Shown: positions 10,231-19,510 of the stretch, piece by piece | Numbering within the stretch: position 1 is the first letter of the stretch | Layout of the letters: each line of letters starts with the position of its first letter | NCBI GenBank assembly: GCA_039815185.1 | Contig: JBCBZT010000011.1 | Location: forward strand, 64,001 to 128,000 | Reading direction: 5' to 3' | Length of the DNA: 64,000 nucleotides | Origin: Cyanobacteria bacterium P01_A01_bin.123 | Lineage (GTDB): Bacteria > Cyanobacteriota > Cyanobacteriia > Phormidesmidales > Phormidesmidaceae | Program-made: the position numbers and the translations under genes | Notes under the pieces: model-generated | The model's input: only the letters and a program-made list of their open reading frames with translations | Told to the model about the DNA's origin: nothing | Database searches by the model: none

Positions 10231-10608
10231 CAGCAGAACGACTGACACCAGATCTAACACCGAAAAACAAAGGTTTCGGAACTTTTATGCGACCACCAAG
10301 GTCAAGCAGACACAATGCCAACCCAGAGCGCTGTGGCCTTGGAGCGTTGTTGGTATCAAGTCATAACCCTATCCGAAACCCATGCATTAATTCCGGCACA
10401 AGCTGGAATCTTGAACCTGAGCAACGCTAGTCATGTGACTAAAGCCGTTATGCAAACGCATAGAATTTCGCAACACTTACCTTATAAAGAGAAAACTTAA
10501 GGTAGCCAAAATAACAGTAAGCAGATTTTTTTTCGCTACATTAAATTAACTGTCAAATCGCAGCCTGATGCCGTTCAAGTTATCGATGATGTAGCGATAT
10601 GGGATGAA

Positions 10609-11790
10609 ATGATGCCTGCTGAAAATCTACCAACACAATGGCAAATTTTATTGCGATCTCTGTTGATTTTCCTAATATGGCGTTGTTCATTATATTTATT
10701 GACTTTCTTTGGCCTCCACTTGACTGAAGAATTTGATTTCGAGAAATATGGCTATGCAGAAGGGGTCATTAATGCTGGCAAAGAATGGCAAGCCTTTCCC
10801 AATCATTACTTTTTTGATAGTTTCTTTCGATTTGACAGTACCTGGTTTGACAGCATTATTCGGGGTGGATATTCTATCCAGGACTATCAAAGTAATGTTG
10901 CCTTCTTCCCTTTATATCCTTACCTATCGCGCTGGTTTGGATATGTTATAGGTAATCATTTTTTGGCTGGCTGGCTCATCTCCAATCTAAGCTTGATTGG
11001 CAGTATATTCTACATTTACCGCATTGGCTTACTTTATTTCAAGGCCAAAACAGTTAAACGTGCTCTAGTGCTCTTGCTAATATTTCCCACTTCGTTTTTT
11101 CTGAGTGCTTTTTATAGCGAGGCTTTGTTCCTCTTTACAAGTGCAGCCAGTTTTTACTACTTTCTAACTCAAAGATACAGTTGGGCTGGGATTTTAGGCA
11201 TGCTTGCAAGCCTCACTAGATTTAGTGGAATTCTTTTATTCTTTGCTTTCATTTCTGACATTGCTTACTATTGTTGGAAAGGTAAGCAAAAGCTACATCT
11301 TGAGATGATCTTCTTGACGCTGATTCCAGCAGGCGTCGTCATCTTTATGCTCATTCTCTATGTTCAAGTGGGCAATCCATTAGCATTTATAAATGCGCAG
11401 TCGAGTTGGGGCAGAGAGAAAACTTATCCTTTGCTAACACTGATTAAAACCCTAAACGAAATTAATTTTCAATTTCCGCGAGAACCTAACAACACTTTTT
11501 TGTTATTTGATTGGCTCAGTGCAGTTGGATTCTTAGCAATATCAAGCATCATGGCCTTTAAAAAATATCGATTGAGTTTATGGATTTATGCTGCTTTTAG
11601 TATCCTCTTGCCGCTGTCTACAGGCACTCTGCTTTCTATGATGCGCTTCTGTGCCGTGGTATTTCCAGTCTTCTTCTTCATTGCTGAAATGGCACGTAAG
11701 CCACTCGTCTATCAGTACTTAATTTTTACATTCACCTTCTTGCTTTCAATTTATAATCTTCGATTTATGAACTGGTTCTTAATGATTTGA
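10609..11790 (+). CDS. PIG-V-like / GT-C membrane mannosyltransferase family protein
   Basis: RFDSTWF, AFFPLYP, YSEALF, TRFSG, QSSWGR motifs; many TM helices; visibly AT-rich. Confidence 0.8.
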   Translation: MMPAENLPTQWQILLRSLLIFLIWRCSLYLLTFFGLHLTEEFDFEKYGYAEGVINAGKEWQAFPNHYFFDSFFRFDSTWFDSIIRGGYSIQDYQSNVAFFPLYPYLSRWFGYVIGNHFLAGWLISNLSLIGSIFYIYRIGLLYFKAKTVKRALVLLLIFPTSFFLSAFYSEALFLFTSAASFYYFLTQRYSWAGILGMLASLTRFSGILLFFAFISDIAYYCWKGKQKLHLEMIFLTLIPAGVVIFMLILYVQVGNPLAFINAQSSWGREKTYPLLTLIKTLNEINFQFPREPNNTFLLFDWLSAVGFLAISSIMAFKKYRLSLWIYAAFSILLPLSTGTLLSMMRFCAVVFPVFFFIAEMARKPLVYQYLIFTFTFLLSIYNLRFMNWFLMI

Positions 11791-11801
11791 ATTCAGTTGA
11801 T

Positions 11802-11844
11802 GTAACGGTAAGTACAAACTGCGCTTAGGGTTGCCCGCTAGATT
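11802..11844 (+). promoter_or_regulatory. NtcA-activated class II promoter for the phyH-like/C26 hydrolase genes
   Basis: TGTA-ACGGTAAG-TACA (GTA-N8-TAC at 11802-11815), 23 nt, then TAGATT. Confidence 0.75.
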
Positions 11845-11889
11845 AGTAGACTCCGCATAGTGCTCCCTGCTCCATTACTTGCCTCACCC

Positions 11890-12786
11890 ATGACCTATCA
11901 ATCTCTCCAGCTCGCCGACAGCCAAATTCAGCAGTTTCAAGCCGACGGCTTTTTGATCTTAGAAAACTTCATCGAGATGGATTTAGTCGAGCGAGTGCGC
12001 GATCGCATCGAGCCGTTATTCCACGGCAAGTTTGAAACGGGCATCTATCCCGATGAATGGTACTGGCGACCGGGGTTGAGCCTGCCCGATGTCACCCGTG
12101 AAATCTGCAATGCTTGGAAATGCGATCACACCATTGCCAGCGTCTCCCTCTCTGCCACAGTCGGTCGTCTCAGTGCCCAACTCGCAGGTTGGCCCGGAGC
12201 CCGCATTGGTCAAGATAGCCTGTGGTATAAGCCCCCCGGTGGCGGCAAAGAGATTGCCCTGCATCAAGACGGGGCATATATCGACTATCTCGCACCCGCC
12301 GAAATGATTACCTGCTGGATTGCCCTGGATGACGTCAACCTCGACATCGGTACCCTGCAATACGTCCGTGGATCGCACCGCTGGCCTTTACTGTCTTCTC
12401 TAGAGGGTGAATTCCACGCCCCCACCAAAGACTACCGCTGGGCCATGCTAGAAACCGCTAGAGCAGCAGGCGTTAATGAACCTGAGATCGTCCCCGTCAC
12501 CATTCCCGCTGGGGGCTGTGCCTTCCACCACGGCCTCACCTGGCATGGTTCCGGCAAAAACCTCAGCCAAAGCCACCCCCGACGCAGCCTCGGCATCCAC
12601 ACCATCAGCTCCGAAGCCCACTTCAGCGAGCACCCCGCAGGCTACATTTACGGACGCTACAAACATGTCAACGACAATGTGATGGATGAATCCTTTTTCC
12701 CCATTTTGTGGACTGAGGGTGGTCATCGTTCGTCACACTTGGCGGATTACTGTAAGGACGCGATCGCGCCGTTAGCGTTGGTTTAG
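11890..12786 (+). CDS. Phytanoyl-CoA dioxygenase (PhyH) family Fe(II)/2-oxoglutarate oxygenase
   Basis: LHQDG (HxD), CWIALDD, GSH, HGLTWHGSG, RR motifs. Confidence 0.9.
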   Translation: MTYQSLQLADSQIQQFQADGFLILENFIEMDLVERVRDRIEPLFHGKFETGIYPDEWYWRPGLSLPDVTREICNAWKCDHTIASVSLSATVGRLSAQLAGWPGARIGQDSLWYKPPGGGKEIALHQDGAYIDYLAPAEMITCWIALDDVNLDIGTLQYVRGSHRWPLLSSLEGEFHAPTKDYRWAMLETARAAGVNEPEIVPVTIPAGGCAFHHGLTWHGSGKNLSQSHPRRSLGIHTISSEAHFSEHPAGYIYGRYKHVNDNVMDESFFPILWTEGGHRSSHLADYCKDAIAPLALV

Positions 12787-12968
12787 GGAGCAGGGGCAAG
12801 GGGCGCGAGGGAAGCAAGGGGAGCAAGGGAGCAAGGGAGCAACGCAACTCTGCTGCATCTTAAACTCACCTAGAACTCTTCATAAATCTTGCTCCCCCTG
12901 CTCCTCCGCTCCCCCTACCTCTCCATCTCCCCCCCTCCGCTCCCTTGCCCCCTATCTATCCATCTCCC
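12786..12968. repeat. GGGAGCAA-type short tandem repeats with downstream complementary C-rich tract
   Basis: GGGAGCAAGGGAGCAAGGGAGCAA followed by TTGCTCCCCCTGCTCC. Confidence 0.55.
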
Positions 12969-12969
12969 A

Positions 12970-13695
12970 ATGCCTCCCCTGATCGGCATCACCACCTACG
13001 GACGCAATGCCCATAATCAATTTCACCTCTATGCCAACTACGTTGAAGCAGTACGCCTCGCGGGAGGTGTCCCAGTCCTGCTGCCCCCTAGTGAAGCCCA
13101 ACTAGAGGTCTTGCTAAAACGACTCGACGGCATCATTTTCACCGGGGGAGGGGATGTGTCTCCTGACTGCTTCGGTGGGGACAGCCATCCGATGATCTAC
13201 AGTTTGGATTTAGAGCGCGATCGCTTTGAGTTGCAATTCGCTAAACTTGCCCTCAATGCAAACGTGCCAATTTTGGGCATTTGCCGGGGGCTACAGGTGC
13301 TCAACTTAGCCAGTGATGGCGATAAACTGATTCCCCACGTTCCAGATGTCTTCACAACCCTGGGCCACCGCATCGAACCCTCTAATGTAGAAACGCGGGC
13401 TCAGCCGACAAACCACTGGGTACAGGTAAATCCTGAAAGCCACCTAGCCCAAATCGTTGAAGCAGAGCGTATTCCCGTTGTCTCTTGGCATCACCAGGCG
13501 ATCAAAACTGCACCACCGGGCTGGCAAGCCGTAGCCCATGCGTCGGATGGTTTGATTGAGGCGATTGAGCACCCCTATCACCCCTGGCTCCTTGCAGTTC
13601 AGTGGCATCCTGAAATGTCCATTGATGATGGGTATCAGTTGAAGATTTTTCAGGCTTTTGTCGCTGCTGCGAACGGTAATCGGCAAATGACGTAG
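12970..13695 (+). CDS. Gamma-glutamyl-amide hydrolase (peptidase C26, PuuD-like)
   Basis: GGGDV, PILGICRGLQ, SWHHQAI, VQWHPE class I glutamine amidotransferase motifs. Confidence 0.92.
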   Translation: MPPLIGITTYGRNAHNQFHLYANYVEAVRLAGGVPVLLPPSEAQLEVLLKRLDGIIFTGGGDVSPDCFGGDSHPMIYSLDLERDRFELQFAKLALNANVPILGICRGLQVLNLASDGDKLIPHVPDVFTTLGHRIEPSNVETRAQPTNHWVQVNPESHLAQIVEAERIPVVSWHHQAIKTAPPGWQAVAHASDGLIEAIEHPYHPWLLAVQWHPEMSIDDGYQLKIFQAFVAAANGNRQMT

Positions 13696-13769
13696 CACTT
13701 GCTATGTTGGCTATGGCGTCTCCCGAAGGGAGAAATCCCCAAGCCAATCCCCAGCTTAATTCTGTACGC

Positions 13770-15830
13770 TCAGACCCTATCGGCGAAGTGATCCAGTAGC
13801 TCTCGGTGCAGAAAGCGATAGCTGCCGCCAACCCGCTGCAATAGGCGACGCTCTACACAGTAGTTGAGGAACTGGGCTAAGTTCCAGGGAGCGATGCCCT
13901 GCTGCCAGAGTACCCAGCGCAGGCAAACGTGCTGAGCGCAGGCCAAGCCGCCGCCAGATAAAAAACCAAAGAGCAGCGCACCAAAAATGCCGGGGAGGAT
14001 GAAGCTGGGAAAGATTTGCCAAAGCGTACTTAAAATCGCTTGTCCACTCTCTCCCTCAGCAACACCTTGGGCAACAGTTGAAGGAAGTTCGCCAAGACTT
14101 GCAAGAATGATGCCAAAGGGATAACTGAGGACTGTTGTCCATAGACAGCTTTTCAGAGAATTCCAGATGCCTTGATTGGGGTGTGATCGCACTTGTAAAT
14201 CTTGCTTCAGCCCTCCAATCAGCCCGAAAATCAGTCCTACAATCAGCCCTACAATCAGCCCTCCAATCAGCCCTCCAATCAGCCCTCCAATCAACCCTCT
14301 AATCAGCCCTCTAATCAGCCCTACAATCAGCCCTACAATCAGCCAACCTTTCAAACTGTCTAAAATTTCTCGTCGCACCTCGTATGACATCGAAATTTTG
14401 AACGTCTCAACAGAGGCGATATCATCCAGCCATCCAATCAGCCATCCAATCAGCCCTACGATCAGCCCTCCAATCAGCCCTACGATCAGCCCTCCAACCA
14501 GCCCTAAAATCAACCCTAAAATCAGCCCTAAAATCAGCCCTAAAATCAGCCCTAAAATCAGCCGATATTGCCGTCTAGCTTGCTTTGCCTCTAGCCAGCT
14601 TGGCTGTATCTGTTCAATCAGCAGTTCCACCCGGTTGGCTTGCTGCAACTGTCGCGCAATCCAGGCTAGGGGCTGCTGAGTGCGTCGCCGATTAGGTTCC
14701 TGTGCCAGGGTTGGGTAAGCCCAGCCTTTTTTCGATAAATCTTCCCGACGATTGCTTTCCCGCACTTCGTGCGACAACTGCCAGTCAATATACTGGCGGA
14801 TCAACTCTGTTTTATTTTCAAAGGGCGCTTTCGGGTCGTAAGTCCGCGCTGCCAGCGCCACGAACAGCGGTACCCGCAGCAGCCCCGGATCCCCCTCTGC
14901 GGTTGGCTCCAACAGCTTTCCGAGCCGAGGATTGGTGGCAATCGCCGCCCACAGCGGCGACTGCCGCGCCGCCAAAAAGATTTGGATCTGCTCATCGGTC
15001 AACAGCTCTAAGCGGATTGCCCCGTTCAGCGTGTTCAGCTTAATGCCCGCCTGAGTAAATTCCTTGGTTCGGCAACACACCACCAGATGGGGATACTGCC
15101 CCGCAAATTCCTTCAGTTTTTGAGTGCATTTTTGCTGCCGTTCCATTCCCAGCTCATCCAGGCCGTCCATCAGCGGCAGCAGCGCCTGCTGATCCAGCCA
15201 TCGTTCATACAGCTTGGCTTTGCGATTGCCCCCGTGCTGCTCATACAGTTGCTCAATCAGCCAATCGCGAATGCTTTGATTATCTTTCCGCCAAGTCGAG
15301 AGTTCAAACACCACCGGAATCACCGTTTGCGGCTGAGCCAGGGCACCGCACATCAGTTGCTCCGCTAACCCCAGCAGCGCCGTCGTTTTCCCCGCACCGG
15401 GGGTCCCCAGAATCAGCAGCTTCCGGGCGATGTCCTCCCGCCCAAAGGTTTCAATCAAAAGCTGACGCGGATCGAGGGTGTCCTCTGGCTTCCCCTCAAT
15501 CTGCAACACTCGCTCCGCTTCCAACGGCGACCGCCCCACCCAACTCAGCTGCTCCCGAAAGTTGACGGACATCAGTGCCTTATCCCGACCCAACGTATCC
15601 ATCAGCCGTTTACGAATCTCAGGCAGTTGCTTTTCCTTCAGCAGCCGCATTGCCCAGTGCCAGTCCACCCCTGATGATGCAGACTGCCCGAACTGCACAA
15701 GAGCCTTATTGATCGTGACCTGATTATCGTGGCTATTTTCAAAGCTAACGGCATCTCCCCCGGCCTGGGTGAGCTGAACCTGGCTATTCTGAATTTGGCT
15801 ACCTTCGATGTTTTGGTCTTGCCCTGCCAT
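13770..15830 (-). CDS. NACHT (STAND) NTPase with C-terminal GLIxGL transmembrane repeats
   Basis: Walker A GTPGAGKTT, Walker B LMDGLDE, VCCR, PLF motif, LLQRVGGSYRFLHRELLDHFA tail. Confidence 0.92.
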   Translation of the reverse strand: MAGQDQNIEGSQIQNSQVQLTQAGGDAVSFENSHDNQVTINKALVQFGQSASSGVDWHWAMRLLKEKQLPEIRKRLMDTLGRDKALMSVNFREQLSWVGRSPLEAERVLQIEGKPEDTLDPRQLLIETFGREDIARKLLILGTPGAGKTTALLGLAEQLMCGALAQPQTVIPVVFELSTWRKDNQSIRDWLIEQLYEQHGGNRKAKLYERWLDQQALLPLMDGLDELGMERQQKCTQKLKEFAGQYPHLVVCCRTKEFTQAGIKLNTLNGAIRLELLTDEQIQIFLAARQSPLWAAIATNPRLGKLLEPTAEGDPGLLRVPLFVALAARTYDPKAPFENKTELIRQYIDWQLSHEVRESNRREDLSKKGWAYPTLAQEPNRRRTQQPLAWIARQLQQANRVELLIEQIQPSWLEAKQARRQYRLILGLILGLILGLILGLILGLVGGLIVGLIGGLIVGLIGWLIGWLDDIASVETFKISMSYEVRREILDSLKGWLIVGLIVGLIRGLIRGLIGGLIGGLIGGLIVGLIVGLIFGLIGGLKQDLQVRSHPNQGIWNSLKSCLWTTVLSYPFGIILASLGELPSTVAQGVAEGESGQAILSTLWQIFPSFILPGIFGALLFGFLSGGGLACAQHVCLRWVLWQQGIAPWNLAQFLNYCVERRLLQRVGGSYRFLHRELLDHFADRV
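14218..14562 (-). repeat. Two 12-bp tandem arrays encoding (GLIx)n membrane helices of the NACHT protein
   Basis: ATCAGCCCT(ACA/CCA/AAA) units at about 14218-14345 and 14437-14562. Confidence 0.85.
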
Positions 15831-15884
15831 TATTGCCGCTTATCCTGCCTGCTTTCTCTGGTGCCCTTGCCCCTTACCGTTGAG

Positions 15885-16367
15885 CTACAGCCCAAAGAAC
15901 GTAACCGCTACCCCAATCCACGGCGCAACCGCCTTAAACACCTCCGTCCCCGTTTGCCAAAGGCTCTTACCCGCTTCAGTGCTGTCCTTCAGCGTTTTCA
16001 GCGTTTCGCTAACCTGCTTCAGGTTTTGTCCCACCAGTTCCTTATTGGGGGTTTCCTTTCCCGCCGCTCGCTTCGCCGGACGCAGATAATCCAGCAGTTC
16101 CTCCTGCATCGCTGGGGTGAGGGCAGTGCCTTTCACAGCCGCTTCCAATTGTTCAATCAAGCCAACCACCTCTGCGCCGGTTAGCCCCTGCTGCTGAGCT
16201 TGCAGATCTCCAGTTTGGTTCTGCTCAAGGTCCCGCCCCGCTTGGCCCATTTGCACCATGCCCCCGGTTAGCGTGACGTTGCTGAGGCTTTGGGACTGAT
16301 CGGGCTTACCTGATTTCGGAGACTTCTTCCAAAACATTTTTTGCGAGCCGCTAGTTTGTCCCATCAT
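15885..16367 (-). CDS. Small helical protein with N-terminal Q/G-rich motif, upstream partner of the NACHT gene (start may be 16337)
   Basis: 160-aa ORF co-oriented 54 bp upstream of the NACHT gene; amphipathic helices and hydrophobic C-terminus. Confidence 0.75.
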   Translation of the reverse strand: MMGQTSGSQKMFWKKSPKSGKPDQSQSLSNVTLTGGMVQMGQAGRDLEQNQTGDLQAQQQGLTGAEVVGLIEQLEAAVKGTALTPAMQEELLDYLRPAKRAAGKETPNKELVGQNLKQVSETLKTLKDSTEAGKSLWQTGTEVFKAVAPWIGVAVTFFGL

Positions 16368-16479
16368 ATTCGCTTTTTAAGAGCGTCCATTAGACAAACT
16401 GCGATCTTCAATAATCTTGTGCTTGAAGGTCATTTGTGGCGATCGCAACGGCAAACAATCTCCAGCCCCCAAACCATAG

Positions 16480-16705
16480 CCGATAAAATCGTCCTCATCC
16501 CCGAATCAGAAGAGGATATCGACCCAGGTGACGATCCCACAGAAACTGTAATTGAGGGTATTCGTGAAGGCTGGCAGCAAGCTCTTACCGCCGAAGTGTA
16601 ACCTGTTTCAAAACTTTGGGACAGAATGGAGTCGAATGATTCACCAATTCAAGTTGGCTTCACGAAACGCTTTGAGAGGGCGTTTGAAAAGCGCGATCGC
16701 TGAGA
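16480..16705 (+). pseudogene. Degraded type II antitoxin C-terminus plus toxin (RelE/HigB-like) N-terminus
   Basis: DDPTETVIEGIREGWQQALTAEV*PVSKLWD with in-frame TAA at 16599-16601, then IQVGFTKRFER truncated at a HIP1 site. Confidence 0.5.
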
Positions 16706-16924
16706 TGTTGCAACCATAGACACTCTAAATCATGAAGGTTATCGAAAAGACATCTACAACTTTGAAGCTAAAGTCGGCAAAAACGGCTTACCCCCTACTC
16801 GACTAGCCGTTCACGCCACGATTCTTCCTCAGCCTTTGACTCGTTTCTGGAGCCCTCAAGCGATGTCTGTCAGGGCTGCATTCTGCTAACGCTATAATCC
16901 AGGTACCTCGTTCCTGTTCTTTGT

Positions 16925-17509
16925 ATGGCCTTAATTACAGCCAAGCGCTTCAGCGTAGAAGAGTACCATCGCTTAACAGAGCTGGGCTTTTTTCAGAGTG
17001 ATGAGCGGCTTGAGTTGATACACGGGGAAATTATCCAGATGGCAGCCAAAGGTGTTGCCCATGAAGTGTTTTTGACACGCTTGCTGAGAGAGCTGCCCAA
17101 ATGTTTGGCAGAAACGGTTACCCTCCGTTGCCAATCCCCCATCACCTTGTCACCAGACAGCGAACCCGAGCCAGACTTTGCGATTGTCCGCAATCGAGAC
17201 GATGATTACTTTGAGGGGCACCCTCAGCCAGCCAATATCCTATGGCTAATCGAGGTATCTGACTCATCACTCGCTTATGATCAGTCGGTCAAGCTGGCGA
17301 TGTATGCTGCCCACGGCATTACACACTATTGGATTTTCAACTTACTGGATAGCGTTCTAGAGTGCTACAGCGACCCCTATCAAAATCAGCAAGGGACTTG
17401 GGCCTATCGGATGAAGCGAATTTATCTGCCGACAGAAACAGTTATGATTCCCCAGCTGGATACTCAATCATTGCTGGCGCTGGGTAAGGTATTTCCACCA
17501 AATCAATAA
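16925..17509 (+). CDS. Uma2 family endonuclease-fold protein
   Basis: LELIHGEI, EPEPDFAIV, IEVSDSS, YWIFNL. Confidence 0.92.
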   Translation: MALITAKRFSVEEYHRLTELGFFQSDERLELIHGEIIQMAAKGVAHEVFLTRLLRELPKCLAETVTLRCQSPITLSPDSEPEPDFAIVRNRDDDYFEGHPQPANILWLIEVSDSSLAYDQSVKLAMYAAHGITHYWIFNLLDSVLECYSDPYQNQQGTWAYRMKRIYLPTETVMIPQLDTQSLLALGKVFPPNQ

Positions 17510-17517
17510 GCAGAATA

Positions 17518-18099
17518 TCAGCCCCTGCGTTTCAACCAATGAAAAATCATCTCAGCAGAAAGCTGTAAGTCAACATCTGGCAAACAGGGCAGTAAGCTAG
17601 CCCCGCTTAATAACGTTGGCAGACGATTGGGTTGATAGCAAAAAACCGATTTTTCTTGGGGGTCAAGCAACCAGCCTAATCGCGTTCCGTGCTCAAGACA
17701 GTGCAGAATATTGCCAGTGACTCGGGTTTGACTTTGATTCGGCGATAAAATCTCAATCACCCAGTCGGGCGCGAATTTAATGCCACCACTAGAAATCTCG
17801 CCATCCTCGTCAACTGGAATTTGATCACTCGCTGCGACGACAATATCGGGCACAATCGAGCGTCCCCCGAACGTACACCGTAGCTCTGGAAATGCTTCAT
17901 AAGCACTCTCTAAAGCGTCAATGGCTGCAACTAGTTTTTTCTGCAAGAGGCTGTGTTTACTGCCACCCATCGGTTTTTGGCTGATTTTGCTGTTGCCGTA
18001 TTCCCAAGCAGGCGATTCGTCAATATAAGGCAGTTGTAAGAATGCCTGGAGTGTCATGGATTGGGGAGGAGCAACCGTCATCTCAAGCCTCTCAATCAT
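17518..18099 (-). CDS. Uma2 family endonuclease-fold protein
   Basis: PELRCTFGGRSIVPDI, APDWVIEILSP, GWLLDP. Confidence 0.92.
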   Translation of the reverse strand: MIERLEMTVAPPQSMTLQAFLQLPYIDESPAWEYGNSKISQKPMGGSKHSLLQKKLVAAIDALESAYEAFPELRCTFGGRSIVPDIVVAASDQIPVDEDGEISSGGIKFAPDWVIEILSPNQSQTRVTGNILHCLEHGTRLGWLLDPQEKSVFCYQPNRLPTLLSGASLLPCLPDVDLQLSAEMIFHWLKRRG

Positions 18100-18109
18100 T
18101 ACCGTAAGA

Positions 18110-19510
18110 TTAACGCCTTTTCAGATGCCAACCGCGAGGTTGCGTAAATGTGCGAATGCCTTCTAAAGAAAGCGTTGCCCCCAACCCAGAATGTCCCCGC
18201 CCCGTCCACGGCAGCGGTGGACTCACCCGATCGCAGCAGTTCCAGTAGGCCGTACCGCTATTCACCTGGCCCAAAATTTTCAGGGCGCGATCGCGCTCAG
18301 CCCCATACACCGCAGCCGTCAACCCATAGGGCGTATCGTTCATTAACGCGATCGCTTCGGCATCACTGTCCACCTTTTGAATGCCGATCACCGGGCCAAA
18401 AGTTTCATCTCGCATCACCGCCATGTCATGATTGACACCCGTCAACACCGTGGGTGCAAAGTACCAACCTTTCCCATCGATGGGGTGACCGCCAGTCTGT
18501 AAAGTAGCGCCTTGGGCGATCGCATCTTTGACCTGTCGTGTTAGCTCGCTCAGATGGGGCTTGCGGCTGACCGGGCCGAGATAGGTCTTGGCATCGCTCG
18601 GGTTACCCATCACAAACCCATGAACCGTATCCAAAAACGCCTCTAAAAAAGCATCGTAGACATCAGCATGGACATAGATGCGCTCTACCGCACAGCAGCT
18701 TTGGCCGTTGTTATAAAAGGCCCCATCTGCCAGGGCAGCGGCCACAGCCGCGACATCGGGCACATCGTCACGCACATAGGCCGGATCTTTGCCGCCCAGT
18801 TCAAGCTGCACCTTGATCAGTTGGGCGGCAGCAGCAGCGGCAATCTTTTTGCCCGTGGCGTAAGACCCCGTGAAGCAGATCGCGTCTAAGGGTTGCTCCA
18901 GCAAGGCAGCACCTGTCAAACCACCCCCAATGACTGGGATGAAAACATCTTCGGGAACGCCTGCGGTGTGGAGCAACTCAGCGATCGCCAACCCGGTCAA
19001 TATCGAAAACTCGGACGGCTTGTACAAAACCGTATTCCCTGTCAGCAGCGCCGGAATAAACACGTTGGAACCCACAAAATAGGGGTAGTTCCAGGCAGAA
19101 ATGTTGGCAACTACCCCGAGTGGGTCATGGGTAATCACCTCTTCTAACGCCGCCATACCGGGGATGGTGACAGCATCCTGCTTAACGATCTCTGGGGCGA
19201 TTACCTGAGCCACATGATGGGTAAAAAAGTTGATCCGCTCTACCGTGGTGCCGATTTCAGCATTGGCCTGGGTGATGGGTTTGCCCGTTTCTGAAGTTAG
19301 GGTGGCGGCTAATGCAGTCTGTTGCTGCGTGAGTAAACCTTGAAACCGGGCGATCGCGTCAATTCGATCTGCCAATGGACGAGCTGTCCAAGTGGGTTGA
19401 GCCGCTCTAGCTGCCGTGACTTTGCGTTGCACAGCGGCGGCATCGTCTATGGGGACTTCTTTAACCAGCGCCTCAGTGGCTGGGTTGATGATCGAAAGGA
19501 CGTCACTCAT
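18110..19510 (-). CDS. NAD(P)-dependent aldehyde dehydrogenase
   Basis: WNYP, FTGS, LELGGKDP, GQSCC, ETFGPV. Confidence 0.95.
   Translation of the reverse strand: MSDVLSIINPATEALVKEVPIDDAAAVQRKVTAARAAQPTWTARPLADRIDAIARFQGLLTQQQTALAATLTSETGKPITQANAEIGTTVERINFFTHHVAQVIAPEIVKQDAVTIPGMAALEEVITHDPLGVVANISAWNYPYFVGSNVFIPALLTGNTVLYKPSEFSILTGLAIAELLHTAGVPEDVFIPVIGGGLTGAALLEQPLDAICFTGSYATGKKIAAAAAAQLIKVQLELGGKDPAYVRDDVPDVAAVAAALADGAFYNNGQSCCAVERIYVHADVYDAFLEAFLDTVHGFVMGNPSDAKTYLGPVSRKPHLSELTRQVKDAIAQGATLQTGGHPIDGKGWYFAPTVLTGVNHDMAVMRDETFGPVIGIQKVDSDAEAIALMNDTPYGLTAAVYGAERDRALKILGQVNSGTAYWNCCDRVSPPLPWTGRGHSGLGATLSLEGIRTFTQPRGWHLKRR

Noticed and set aside
14176..14679. Plus-strand ORF of ISPT/ISPP repeats
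   Set aside because: Antisense shadow of the NACHT GLIx repeats
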